NCBI GenBank assembly: GCA_964556485.1
Contig: CAZKVV010000002.1
Location: 74,291 to 138,290, forward strand
Direction: 5' to 3'
Source: an uncultured Pseudomonadales bacterium
Lineage (GTDB): Bacteria; Patescibacteriota; Microgenomatia; UBA1400; PJMF01
Length of the DNA stretch: 64,000 nucleotides
A program made the translations under genes and the position numbers. The notes under the pieces are model-generated. The model saw nothing but the letters and a program-made list of their open reading frames with translations, searched no databases and was not told the DNA's origin. Below, in pieces: positions 55,677 through 64,000 of this stretch (positions within the stretch are counted from its first letter, which is position 1; each line of letters begins with the position of its first letter).

Positions 55677-56807
55677 ATGAAGCAACAAGTCGCAACAGAA
55701 CACAAGTCTGAATTATCCTCTGATTCACCTGCAGAACGCACTCAAATGCTAAGTGGAACACAGTTATTTCTTAAAGCTACAGGACTCTCACTTATCATAA
55801 CGGCAGTACTACTGCTCATTACAGCTGTAGTCATTGCTGCGTTTGCAGCTACTACATTTTCAACTTTTTTAAAGACTGCAGGCGTATCATATTCTGAGTT
55901 CAGTCAACAAATTTCAGTTGGACTGAAAAGCACAAAATATGGTGAGAGTAGTTCCATTGTTTTCTTGTTACTTGGACTTGACACACTTGATTCAAGACCA
56001 GGAAGTCCAGCATTAAGTGACACCATCATGTATGTCGTTTTAAATAAAAATACTGGAGTTGTAACCACTATAGCCATTCCTAGAGATTTATGGAGTCCTG
56101 AGTTTAAAACTAAAGTTAACGCACTCTATCACTATGGTAAAGAAAGATACCCAGAACGACCAGAACAATTCCCCACCGAGGTACTTGATGAACTTACTGG
56201 TCTCAAAACAACACATACAGTAGTAATAACGATGGATCTGGTTGCGGAAATTATTGATACCTTAGGTGGTATTGATGTTGCTGTTCCTGTTGCCTTTACT
56301 GATACAGAGTTTCCACGAAGTAATGTTGATGTGACAAAAGTTACAGATCCGGCACTATTATATGAAACAGTTTCATTTTCAGCAGGGACCGAACTCATGA
56401 ATGGTCAAAGAGCTCTGCAGTACATGAGAAGTCGTAAAAGTGAAGATGATCAGGGTACAGATACAGCTCGAAATGTGAGACAGCAGTTGGTAGTTGAAAG
56501 TCTAGTAACCAGGTTGAGATCATCTAAAGTACTCTCCAGTCCCAAAATTATGGGAAATCTCTATGGTTTGTATGCTAAAAAAATTGCAGGTTCAGTATCA
56601 GTAAGTGATGCTGTAGCCTTGGGAAAAATTCTTTATCCTCTCAAGGATTCACTGACTATACAGTCACACCCTCTTTCTATTTTTCCGGAATCACCCGAAG
56701 GACTGCTTGTGAATCCACCTATAACAAAGTATAAACAATGGGTATACGAAGTACGTGATATCGACACATTTAAACAAGCTTTTACTACTATTGAGTCAAC
56801 AAAATAA
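55677..56807 (+). CDS. LCP-family (LytR-CpsA-Psr) glycopolymer-to-peptidoglycan phosphotransferase
   Basis: N-terminal TM anchor, then SDTIMYVVLNKNTGVVTTIAIPRDLW ... KVNALYHYG ... EIIDTLGGIDVAV, the LCP catalytic-domain signature. Confidence 0.8.
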   Translation: MKQQVATEHKSELSSDSPAERTQMLSGTQLFLKATGLSLIITAVLLLITAVVIAAFAATTFSTFLKTAGVSYSEFSQQISVGLKSTKYGESSSIVFLLLGLDTLDSRPGSPALSDTIMYVVLNKNTGVVTTIAIPRDLWSPEFKTKVNALYHYGKERYPERPEQFPTEVLDELTGLKTTHTVVITMDLVAEIIDTLGGIDVAVPVAFTDTEFPRSNVDVTKVTDPALLYETVSFSAGTELMNGQRALQYMRSRKSEDDQGTDTARNVRQQLVVESLVTRLRSSKVLSSPKIMGNLYGLYAKKIAGSVSVSDAVALGKILYPLKDSLTIQSHPLSIFPESPEGLLVNPPITKYKQWVYEVRDIDTFKQAFTTIESTK

Positions 56808-57025
56808 TGATGCTACCTGCCTTACCACTAACAACTACTTTTAAAATTAGAATTCTGTTATTTCTGGTGGTATTACTCTCAATTGCTGCTGGAATTTACA
56901 AAGACAAAGCTACTACACAAGAAAAATTGTATAATAAGCTTGAGGATAGGTATGTACGTGTCAGAAGTCAGTTAGGAGTTGAAGAAACACAACGACTTAT
57001 AGACGAAAGTTACAACAAAGAATAA
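56807..57025 (+). CDS. Small single-TM protein (hypothetical), translationally coupled to LCP gene
   Basis: 72 aa with one hydrophobic helix. Its ATG overlaps the LCP stop codon (TAATG). Confidence 0.3.
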   Translation: MMLPALPLTTTFKIRILLFLVVLLSIAAGIYKDKATTQEKLYNKLEDRYVRVRSQLGVEETQRLIDESYNKE

Positions 57026-57032
57026 AGGATCT

Positions 57033-58061
57033 ATGGCAGATTTAGGAAAAAAGATACTTGTTACTGGTGGTGCAGGATTTATAGGCGCCAACTTCGTTTT
57101 ATATTGGATGGAAACACATCCTGAAGATTCCATTATTAATCTCGATGCCCTCACGTATGCTGGTAATCTTACTAGTTTAAAATCGGTAGAAAACAATCCT
57201 AACTATGCTTTTGTTGAAGGCAACATTTGTGATCATGAGTTAGTAGATACCGTGATGTCTGGTGTACATACAGTGGTTCACTTTGCAGCAGAATCACATG
57301 TTGATCGCTCGATTTTGAATCCCAGAGCCTTTGTTGAGACAAATGTTTTAGGCACACAAGTACTTTTGGATGCTGCTCTCAAACACAAAGTTGTACATTT
57401 TCATCATATTTCTACAGATGAAGTTTTTGGCTCACTGCAAATTGGTGCTGATACCAAATTTTCTGAAAAAACACCGTATGATCCTCGAAGTCCATACTCT
57501 GCAAGTAAAGCTGGATCAGACCATTTAGTTCGTGCATACGGTGAAACCTTTGGTCTGCCTTATACCATTACAAACTGTTCAAATAATTATGGTGAATATC
57601 AGTTCCCAGAAAAACTTATTCCTTTAGCTATCACCCACAGTATTGATGGCATAAAAGTGCCTATTTATGGAGAAGGCAATCAAGTTCGTGACTGGTTGTA
57701 TGTCAAAGACCATTGCCGAGCAATTGATGCAGTTTTGCAAGCTGGACCTACCAATACCACCTATGTGGTTGGGGGTTTGACAAAAGATATTCCAAATAAG
57801 CAAGTCGTAGCAACCATTTTATCAACTATGGGAAAAGATCAATCCATGATTGAACACATCACTGATCGTGCCGGACATGACGTCCGCTATAGCGTTGATT
57901 GGTCGTTCATACAAAGCTCTTTAGGCTGGAAACCTTCAGTAACTTTTGAAGAAGGAATACAGAAAACAGTTACTTGGTATTCTGAAAATCAAGACTGGTG
58001 GAGACCTCTTAAGAACGCTGCTGCTGATTTCTTTGGTAAAAATTACAAAGACAGAAAGTAA
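57033..58061 (+). CDS. rmlB: dTDP-glucose 4,6-dehydratase
   Basis: KILVTGGAGFIGANFV ... YSASKAGSDHLVRAY, with the characteristic RmlB length and motifs. AAAGGA precedes the ATG. Confidence 0.9.
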   Translation: MADLGKKILVTGGAGFIGANFVLYWMETHPEDSIINLDALTYAGNLTSLKSVENNPNYAFVEGNICDHELVDTVMSGVHTVVHFAAESHVDRSILNPRAFVETNVLGTQVLLDAALKHKVVHFHHISTDEVFGSLQIGADTKFSEKTPYDPRSPYSASKAGSDHLVRAYGETFGLPYTITNCSNNYGEYQFPEKLIPLAITHSIDGIKVPIYGEGNQVRDWLYVKDHCRAIDAVLQAGPTNTTYVVGGLTKDIPNKQVVATILSTMGKDQSMIEHITDRAGHDVRYSVDWSFIQSSLGWKPSVTFEEGIQKTVTWYSENQDWWRPLKNAAADFFGKNYKDRK

Positions 58062-58109
58062 CTCCTGCACATTCCATTTACACTAACCGCTGAAGAGATC
58101 AATCAAAAC

Positions 58110-58676
58110 ATGATTGTTCCCATGCCTATCCCAGGCATGTTTTTTGTTCCTAGTAAAAAATTTCCTGATAATCGTGGATACTATAGTGAACTTTCAAGAA
58201 TTCCTGAGCTTGACGCTTTTTTACCACAACCACTCTTAGCAAAACAGATCAACCTGGCTCGATCAGAAACAAATGTAGCCAGAGGTATTCATGCCGAAGA
58301 CTGGAATAAGCTAGTTACAGTTACAAATGGCGTGTGTTTCTGCGCATTCGTTGATTTTCGCCCGGACTCTCCCACATTTGCTAACGCAGTCACTATTGTG
58401 CTGGGACACGGTGAAACAGCACTCTACGGTAGTGTGTATGTACCATCTGGAGTTGGTAACTCATTATGTGTATTAGAAGGTCCTGTAGATTATCTATATG
58501 TTGTCGACAGACTGTATAAAGATCGAGACCCTGCTGGCGATCAAGCTTTTTCACTTTTTGATCCCGACATTGCAATTCCTTGGCCAATATCTACAGAAGA
58601 AATGATCCTTTCAGATAGAGATAGAGCCAGCATCACACTTCGTGAAAAGTACCCAGAACATTTTGGAGAAAAATAA
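58110..58676 (+). CDS. rmlC: dTDP-4-dehydrorhamnose 3,5-epimerase
   Basis: 188 aa cupin. IPGMFFVPSKKFPDNRGYYSE matches the RmlC N-terminal strand and the D-x-RG-x-F-x-E motif. Confidence 0.8.
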   Translation: MIVPMPIPGMFFVPSKKFPDNRGYYSELSRIPELDAFLPQPLLAKQINLARSETNVARGIHAEDWNKLVTVTNGVCFCAFVDFRPDSPTFANAVTIVLGHGETALYGSVYVPSGVGNSLCVLEGPVDYLYVVDRLYKDRDPAGDQAFSLFDPDIAIPWPISTEEMILSDRDRASITLREKYPEHFGEK

Positions 58677-59554
58677 TGACAAAACCCGCACTAATTGTTA
58701 CAGGTTTAAATGGTCTGATTGGATCTCGCTTTCATCTCGATTACCAAAATAATTACACCATCACTAGTTTTGATATCTCAGATCCTGGGCAGCCAGTTGA
58801 TATAACTCAGAAAGAGCAAGTACTCAAAGCCTGCGAGGCAAGTAATGCCTCGCATATTATTCATTTTGCAGCCTACACGGATGTAACAGGTGCCTGGAAA
58901 CAAAGAAATGATAAAAGTGGTCCTGCATACCAAGTTAATGTTGTTGGCACACGAAACATTGTTGAAGCATGTAATCAAACAAACAAGCATTTAATTCACA
59001 TTTCAACAGCATATGTATTTGATGGCAAAAAAGAAGCGTTATACACTGAAAATGATCAGCCAAACCCAATTGAATGGTATGGTTACACAAAAACTGAGGC
59101 AGAAAATGTTGTCCAATCAAATGCAAAAGACTGGACTATTTTACGTATAGATCAACCTTTTAGATCAGACACCATCAAACGTCCTGACATTATCCGAAGA
59201 ATTGTTAATAGCATACGCAACAATACGCTTATGCCTCAGTTTACAAATCATACTTTTGGACCAACCTACATCAATGATCTCTCTAAAGTTTTAGATTGGG
59301 TCATCAGAACAAAAGCAACTGGTCTTTTCCACGCATCTAGTGGTGAAAAATGGACTGACTTTGATTTTGCTTCAGCCGTTGTTGAAACGCTATCACTACC
59401 GGCAGTTATAACTAAAGGTGATTTATTTGAGTATTTAAAAACGCTTGAAAGACCGTATCAACAAAATACTGCACTTTCATCTGAGAAACTGCAAAATGCA
59501 CTTGATTTTTCATTAATGTCAATTAGAGATGCTTTAAAAGAAGTTACTCTGTAA
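58676..59554 (+). CDS. rmlD: dTDP-4-dehydrorhamnose reductase
   Basis: ALIVTGLNGLIGSRF; HFAAYTDV ... IHISTAYVFDG; sits downstream of rmlBC. Confidence 0.7.
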   Translation: MTKPALIVTGLNGLIGSRFHLDYQNNYTITSFDISDPGQPVDITQKEQVLKACEASNASHIIHFAAYTDVTGAWKQRNDKSGPAYQVNVVGTRNIVEACNQTNKHLIHISTAYVFDGKKEALYTENDQPNPIEWYGYTKTEAENVVQSNAKDWTILRIDQPFRSDTIKRPDIIRRIVNSIRNNTLMPQFTNHTFGPTYINDLSKVLDWVIRTKATGLFHASSGEKWTDFDFASAVVETLSLPAVITKGDLFEYLKTLERPYQQNTALSSEKLQNALDFSLMSIRDALKEVTL

Positions 59555-60200
59555 CTCTTTTTTGTTTACGCCAAGTTTCAATTTCCTCATGATTTCCAGA
59601 GAGAAGTGCTGTAGGTACTTCCCAACCATTATATGTCTGAGGGCGTGTATATTGCGGATATGCCATGACTCCAGGTTCATCATGTGATTCACCAATGGTA
59701 CTTTCTTCATTGCCTAGCACACCTGGAATTAGTCGTACAATACTGTCAACAATGGCAGCTGCCGCTGGTTCACCACCTGTCATGACAAAATCACCAACTC
59801 GTACTTCTCTATCAACTAGATGTTCTTTGACTCGTTCATCCACACCCTCGTAGTGACCGCAAATAATAATCACAGCATCATAGGTGGCTAATTCACGTGC
59901 AGTTGATTGTGTATATGCAACCCCTTTTGCCGCAGTTAGCACTACTTGCACTGTTTCATGTGGCTCAAGTTGTTGTCGAATGCTTGTGAGAGCTCTATCA
60001 ATTGGCTCAACCTTCATTACCATACCTGGACCACCGCCAAATGGTCGATCGTCAGTTGTCTTATGAATATCTGTAGCAAACTCTCTCAGGGCAATGGTAT
60101 GTAAGCTTACCAGCTGTTTGGTTTGTGCTCTTTTGATAATTGAAGCAGTAAAGGGCGATTCAAAATATTCAGGGAAAAGGCTAATGCAAAAAATTTTCAT
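59544..60200 (-). CDS. trmD: tRNA (guanine37-N1)-methyltransferase
   Basis: MKIFCISLFPEYFESPF ... DDRPFGGGPGMVMK ... IICGHYEGVDERV are canonical TrmD motifs. Confidence 0.9.
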   Translation of the reverse strand: MKIFCISLFPEYFESPFTASIIKRAQTKQLVSLHTIALREFATDIHKTTDDRPFGGGPGMVMKVEPIDRALTSIRQQLEPHETVQVVLTAAKGVAYTQSTARELATYDAVIIICGHYEGVDERVKEHLVDREVRVGDFVMTGGEPAAAAIVDSIVRLIPGVLGNEESTIGESHDEPGVMAYPQYTRPQTYNGWEVPTALLSGNHEEIETWRKQKRVTE

Positions 60201-60207
60201 TACCCAT

Positions 60208-60213
60208 ATTCTA
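60208..60213 (-). promoter_or_regulatory. Candidate -10 hexamer (TAGAAT) 7 nt upstream of trmD ATG
   Basis: Minus-strand sequence reads TAGAAT-atgggta-ATG. Confidence 0.3.
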
Positions 60214-60247
60214 CAACATCTGCTTTAGTTGTTCGCGAAACATTGCT

Positions 60248-61345
60248 ATGATTATGCCAATGGCTACAACAACTGCCCCAACCGGGCCAACACTAACTCA
60301 TATTGCTACGACTAGTAGATTAGTTGTTAAGTTTGGTTCAATAACCATAGTTTCATTGATCATTGGTCGAATGATGCTTACATCGTTTGTCGCCTGGTGG
60401 AAAGCCACTCATCCACCTCCACCACCTCCACCAACTGTTGGTTTTGGTGTGTTACCTAAACTCACAGTACCGCAACAGTCTGATAGTGGTAAGCCTGTTT
60501 CATATAAGTTAGAAACTGCCAGTGGCACAACACCTGATTTTGGTGATAGAGCCAAGGTTTTTCTAGTGCTACATCCTGCACCAAGCCTGCTTGCAGATCA
60601 AAATGCCAAAAATATTGCATCAAAATTTGGTTTTGTTTTTGAACCAGATAAACTGCCAAACAAACTGTATCGTTTCTCAAAAACACAGCCGTTACAATCC
60701 AAGTTTCAACTAAACATTGTTTCAAACCACTTTTCTATAGAAAGTGATTATCTTTCTCACCCCGAGTTGTTAGCTGAGCCAAAACTACCTACTAATTTTG
60801 AAGCTGTAACCCAAGTAAAAGAACTTCTTAAAAAGGTTGAACTGTTAGGACCAGATATGGCAACTTCCTCTGGTGAAGTTGTGTACCTCAAATCACTTGG
60901 TGATGAACTCACACCTGCAGTTTCTCCATCTGACGCTGATTATATTCAAGTAGATTTAAACCGAACTCCAATTGATGGTAGATTTAGAATGTACACCCCA
61001 ACTGGTTTTGAAGGCATTGTTTCTGCAATTCTGACTGGTTCGCTAACCGGTACCGATAACATTCTGGAAATTAAATCTGGGTATAACCTCATTGACTATA
61101 CTCAAGTTCATACATACCCTATTCGTACTTCTCAGGCTGCTTGGCAACTACTCAAAGCTGGTGAAGGATATATTATTGAACCTGGTGAAAGTGAGACCGC
61201 TGTCATTCGTGAAGTTTCTATGGGATATTATGATTCACCCGATGATCAAGAATATTTGCAACCTATTTTCGTTTTTTATAATCCTGAGGATGGATTCCTA
61301 GCATACGTTCCAGCCATTGATCCAAAATATACCCAAACAGAATAA
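60248..61345 (+). CDS. Hypothetical protein: N-terminal TM anchor, polyproline linker (PPPPPPP), ~270-aa extracytoplasmic domain
   Basis: Hydrophobic helix IVSLIIGRMMLTSFVAWW, then THPPPPPPPT. No recognisable family. The start may be 60254 or 60260. Confidence 0.4.
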   Translation: MIMPMATTTAPTGPTLTHIATTSRLVVKFGSITIVSLIIGRMMLTSFVAWWKATHPPPPPPPTVGFGVLPKLTVPQQSDSGKPVSYKLETASGTTPDFGDRAKVFLVLHPAPSLLADQNAKNIASKFGFVFEPDKLPNKLYRFSKTQPLQSKFQLNIVSNHFSIESDYLSHPELLAEPKLPTNFEAVTQVKELLKKVELLGPDMATSSGEVVYLKSLGDELTPAVSPSDADYIQVDLNRTPIDGRFRMYTPTGFEGIVSAILTGSLTGTDNILEIKSGYNLIDYTQVHTYPIRTSQAAWQLLKAGEGYIIEPGESETAVIREVSMGYYDSPDDQEYLQPIFVFYNPEDGFLAYVPAIDPKYTQTE

Positions 61346-61369
61346 CCGCACTTTGGTTGGAGGTAGTAT

Positions 61370-62822
61370 AATGACTGACATGAATAAAATGCAGGTAAGA
61401 ACACGAATGGCCCCAAGTCCTACGGGTGACATTCACGTAGGTAGCATGAGCATATTGCTGAAAAACTATGCTTTTGCTAAAAAACATGGTGGTTCATTTA
61501 TCCTTCGAATTGAAGATACTGACAAAGAGCGTGAAGTGCCAGGTGCAATTGAGCGAATTTTAAGCTGCATTCGAGCGTATGGCTTGGATTGGGATGAAGG
61601 TCCAGAAAAAGATGGACCATTTGGACCATATACGCAATCGGAAAGACTCTCTATATACAAAGAATATGCGCAAAAGCTGGTAGATATGGGTAAGGCCTAT
61701 TACTGTACTTGCAGTTCAGAGAGACTGTTTGAAATGCGCGAGGCGCAAAAAGCTGCAAAAATTCCGCCAAAATACGATCGTCACTGTTTTTTAAATCAAG
61801 ATGAAATTAAAAAACAAATCGAAGCTGGCGAACCATTTGTGATTCGTTTAAAAACTCCAGAATCAGAAACAGTTGTTGTTAACGATTTGATTCGTGGCAC
61901 CATTGAGTTCGACTCGGACACCATTGATGATCAAGTGCTGCTTAAATCTGATGGGTACCCGACCTATCATATGGCAGTTGTTATAGATGACCACCTTATG
62001 GAGGTCACTCACATTCTGAGAGGTGAAGAATGGATTAGTTCAACACCTAAACACGTATTGTTATATAAAGCATTTGGCTGGATTGAACCTATTTTTGCTC
62101 ATATCCCAGTGTACTTAAATCCTGATGGCAAAGGAAAAATGAGCAAACGAAAAGGTACTGTTTCAGCTCAGTCTTTCTTGGACCGTGGTTATTTACCCGA
62201 AGCACTACTCAATTTCTTCATGATTTTGGGTTGGGCTCATCCAGAAGAAAAAGAGGTGCTTACACTCGCAGAATTTATTGAACATTTTGATCCCAAAGAT
62301 GTCAGTGCAAAATCGGTTGTGTTTGATCTACAAAAACTCAACTGGTTGAATGGTGTGTATTTACGAAAATTAAGTATCGATGAGTTGATCGCAGCATTAC
62401 GACCCTTCATTCCCGAATCATGTCCTCAAGAAAATTTGAAAGAAATAGTGATGTTAGTACATGAAAGACTTGAAACTCTTTCTGATTTTAGTGAACTTAC
62501 CTCATTCTTTTATCAAGATATTACTCAAAACAAAGCCTTACTGCTTAAGAAAGCAACCACACCTGGTGAAGTCAGTGAGCAATTAAAGATATCTGCAGCT
62601 GCTTTGCAAGAAATCGAGAACTGGAAACATGAAATCATCGAGCGGGTTTTGCGAGAACTGCAGGAAAAACATGATTGGAAGAAAAGCCAATACTTTATGA
62701 TGCTTCGAGTTGCAAGCACAGGAAAAACAGCAACCCCTCCGTTGTTTGAAACTATGCAATACATAGGTAAAAAGGCTATACTATCTAGGTTGAAGGCGGC
62801 GCAAGAAGCCACACAAACCTAA
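61370..62822 (+). CDS. gltX: Glutamate--tRNA ligase
   Basis: MQVRTRMAPSPTGDIHVGS (HIGH-class motif) ... KMSKRKG (KMSKS). GGAGG is 10 nt upstream of the ATG at 61370; the track start at 61317 is upstream of the SD. Confidence 0.9.
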
Positions 62823-62827
62823 CAACA

Positions 62828-63724
62828 ATGATTGCCCGCACACTGCCCACCACCCTCGAAATGCTTACTGCTGAACTTGAGAAAGCAGTATCTTTGTATC
62901 CCGCTGAGTTACAAACAATTCCAGCTCTTTTTGACGCGCAGGGCGTTTTTTTGGGCTTTGATTCTCTTTTCATTGATGAAGACACACCAAATCAAACCAC
63001 TAGTTCACCAACACAGTCGCTTGCCGTCACTGTTGACACTCTTATCGCTGATTCTAATGACTCGACTAACTTGTTTTCGAATATTAGTGTTGAAGAGCAC
63101 CAGTCAGTACTAGATAAAATGAAAGAGCTGCTTGAATACCCAGCTGGTAAGCTTGATTCTCAGTCAGAACTCTATTTAGAACAACAACTAACGGATATCA
63201 TTGGATTTGAAGTCACCAGTGAGCTAGATGGCAATCGGTTGCTGTATACAACTGGTAAAGTGAAAGCAATGCAGCATATTAAACGTCATCCAGGTGATAC
63301 CGCATCTTCTCATCACAAATATAGTTATGCCGGACTTCAAGAGCGGCGTAGCACTTTCGGCTGGTTTATGGACCAAGGTGTTGTTACAGAGTCACTGACA
63401 CATAAAGAAAAGTACTTTTTAAGTCTTCAACTCTATTACTTGCCAGAATGGAAAGATAACTACAAAGCACTCAAATCTTGGTATAAATATAAAAAAGTAC
63501 TGCTTATTAACCCTTTTGATCAAGTCGCAGTTGTCTGTGCGGTTGGTACCATTGGACCAAGTATTCCCTTTAAGTACCAATTTGGTGCATCACCCGAAAC
63601 AGTAATTGAGGGTAAGTTTTGGAGTAGAGCTGCTCGAGGTAAGGCACTTGCCATGTTTATTGATGATAAAACAGATTCAGTTCCACTCGGGCCTGTATCA
63701 CTGCAGAGGATGAATTATGCATAG
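62828..63724 (+). CDS. Hypothetical protein
   Basis: 298-aa soluble ORF, 5 nt after the gltX stop. No family recognised. Confidence 0.4.
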   Translation: MIARTLPTTLEMLTAELEKAVSLYPAELQTIPALFDAQGVFLGFDSLFIDEDTPNQTTSSPTQSLAVTVDTLIADSNDSTNLFSNISVEEHQSVLDKMKELLEYPAGKLDSQSELYLEQQLTDIIGFEVTSELDGNRLLYTTGKVKAMQHIKRHPGDTASSHHKYSYAGLQERRSTFGWFMDQGVVTESLTHKEKYFLSLQLYYLPEWKDNYKALKSWYKYKKVLLINPFDQVAVVCAVGTIGPSIPFKYQFGASPETVIEGKFWSRAARGKALAMFIDDKTDSVPLGPVSLQRMNYA

Positions 63725-64000
63725 ACCTCAGCTGCATACATTTGTTCTCGCCCATCTCATTGAAGAGACGCTCCTGTTTGAGTTACTAGATGGCGTACCT
63801 CCTGAAGAAAAAGATCAAGCATTAGCAACAATAGTTTCTTTAGTAACCCTAGCTTGCATCCAAAAAGTATATAACTCAATTGTTGAAACTCAGATTAGAC
63901 AACAGTATTTGAGTGATGTGACTGCTTTGCTTAGTAGATCAATGGATAAATCGATATTTTTTGATCGTTATCCTGGGTCTGAGCAACTGATGCAAGAACA
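63717..64000 (+). CDS. Hypothetical protein, N-terminal fragment (continues beyond window)
   Basis: The ATG at 63717 overlaps the preceding stop (ATGCATAG). The frame stays open to the window end (MHRPQLHTFVLAHLIEETLLFELLDGVPPEEKDQ...). Confidence 0.3.
   Translation, partial: MHRPQLHTFVLAHLIEETLLFELLDGVPPEEKDQALATIVSLVTLACIQKVYNSIVETQIRQQYLSDVTALLSRSMDKSIFFDRYPGSEQLMQE

Noticed and set aside
60405-60445. CCACCTCCACCACCTCCACC DNA repeat.
   Set aside because: It encodes the hepta-proline stretch inside ORF 60248..61345. It is not a CRISPR or tandem-repeat locus.
1-64000. Searched by eye for tRNA/rRNA genes, CRISPR arrays, transposase/integrase genes and long direct repeats.
   Set aside because: Every non-coding stretch is under 90 bp and no ORF resembles a transposase, integrase or Cas protein. 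No periodic repeat-spacer pattern was seen.

Overview
This AT-rich, very gene-dense window is almost entirely one cell-surface glycan biosynthesis island of about 59 kb (positions 1-59554). A short housekeeping stretch follows it (trmD, a hypothetical membrane/polyproline protein, gltX, two hypotheticals). I found no rRNA, tRNA, CRISPR or transposase signatures. The island holds about 50 tightly packed, mostly minus-strand genes, many with 1-, 4-, 8- or 11-29-nt overlaps. Exporters: three PST/Wzx-like flippases, a Wzm/Wzt-type ABC-2 exporter, a Wzy_C-type ligase/polymerase-like protein cut by the left edge, and an LCP-family ligase. Nucleotide-sugar enzymes: wecB + UDP-ManNAc dehydrogenase, rmlBCD plus a second RmlD-like reductase, and three SDR epimerases. 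Glycosyltransferases: five GT4, about eight generic GT2, and three short DPM1/GtrB-like GT2s with a DUF2304/GtrA-like small membrane protein; there are also three methyltransferases. An unusually large set of polytopic membrane proteins is present: at least seven ArnT/PMT-like GT-C enzymes (six share an SFGDYKLP loop motif, plus the divergent 41003..42796 paralog), several more GT-C-like proteins, and three paralogs of an uncharacterised family with an N-terminal HD-x2-3-H-x1-2-AR ... GQ(F/I)P ... GYP-x-F motif. Every operon head I examined has a -10-like hexamer TA(G/T)A(A/C)T ending 5-10 nt upstream of the start codon, six of eight with a 6-7-nt spacer, which suggests leaderless transcription. 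The compact, leaderless, low-GC organisation suggests a small-genome lineage such as CPR/Patescibacteria, but that is inference only. Several ORF-track starts are TTG/GTG artefacts, and I give internal ATG starts where I could justify them.
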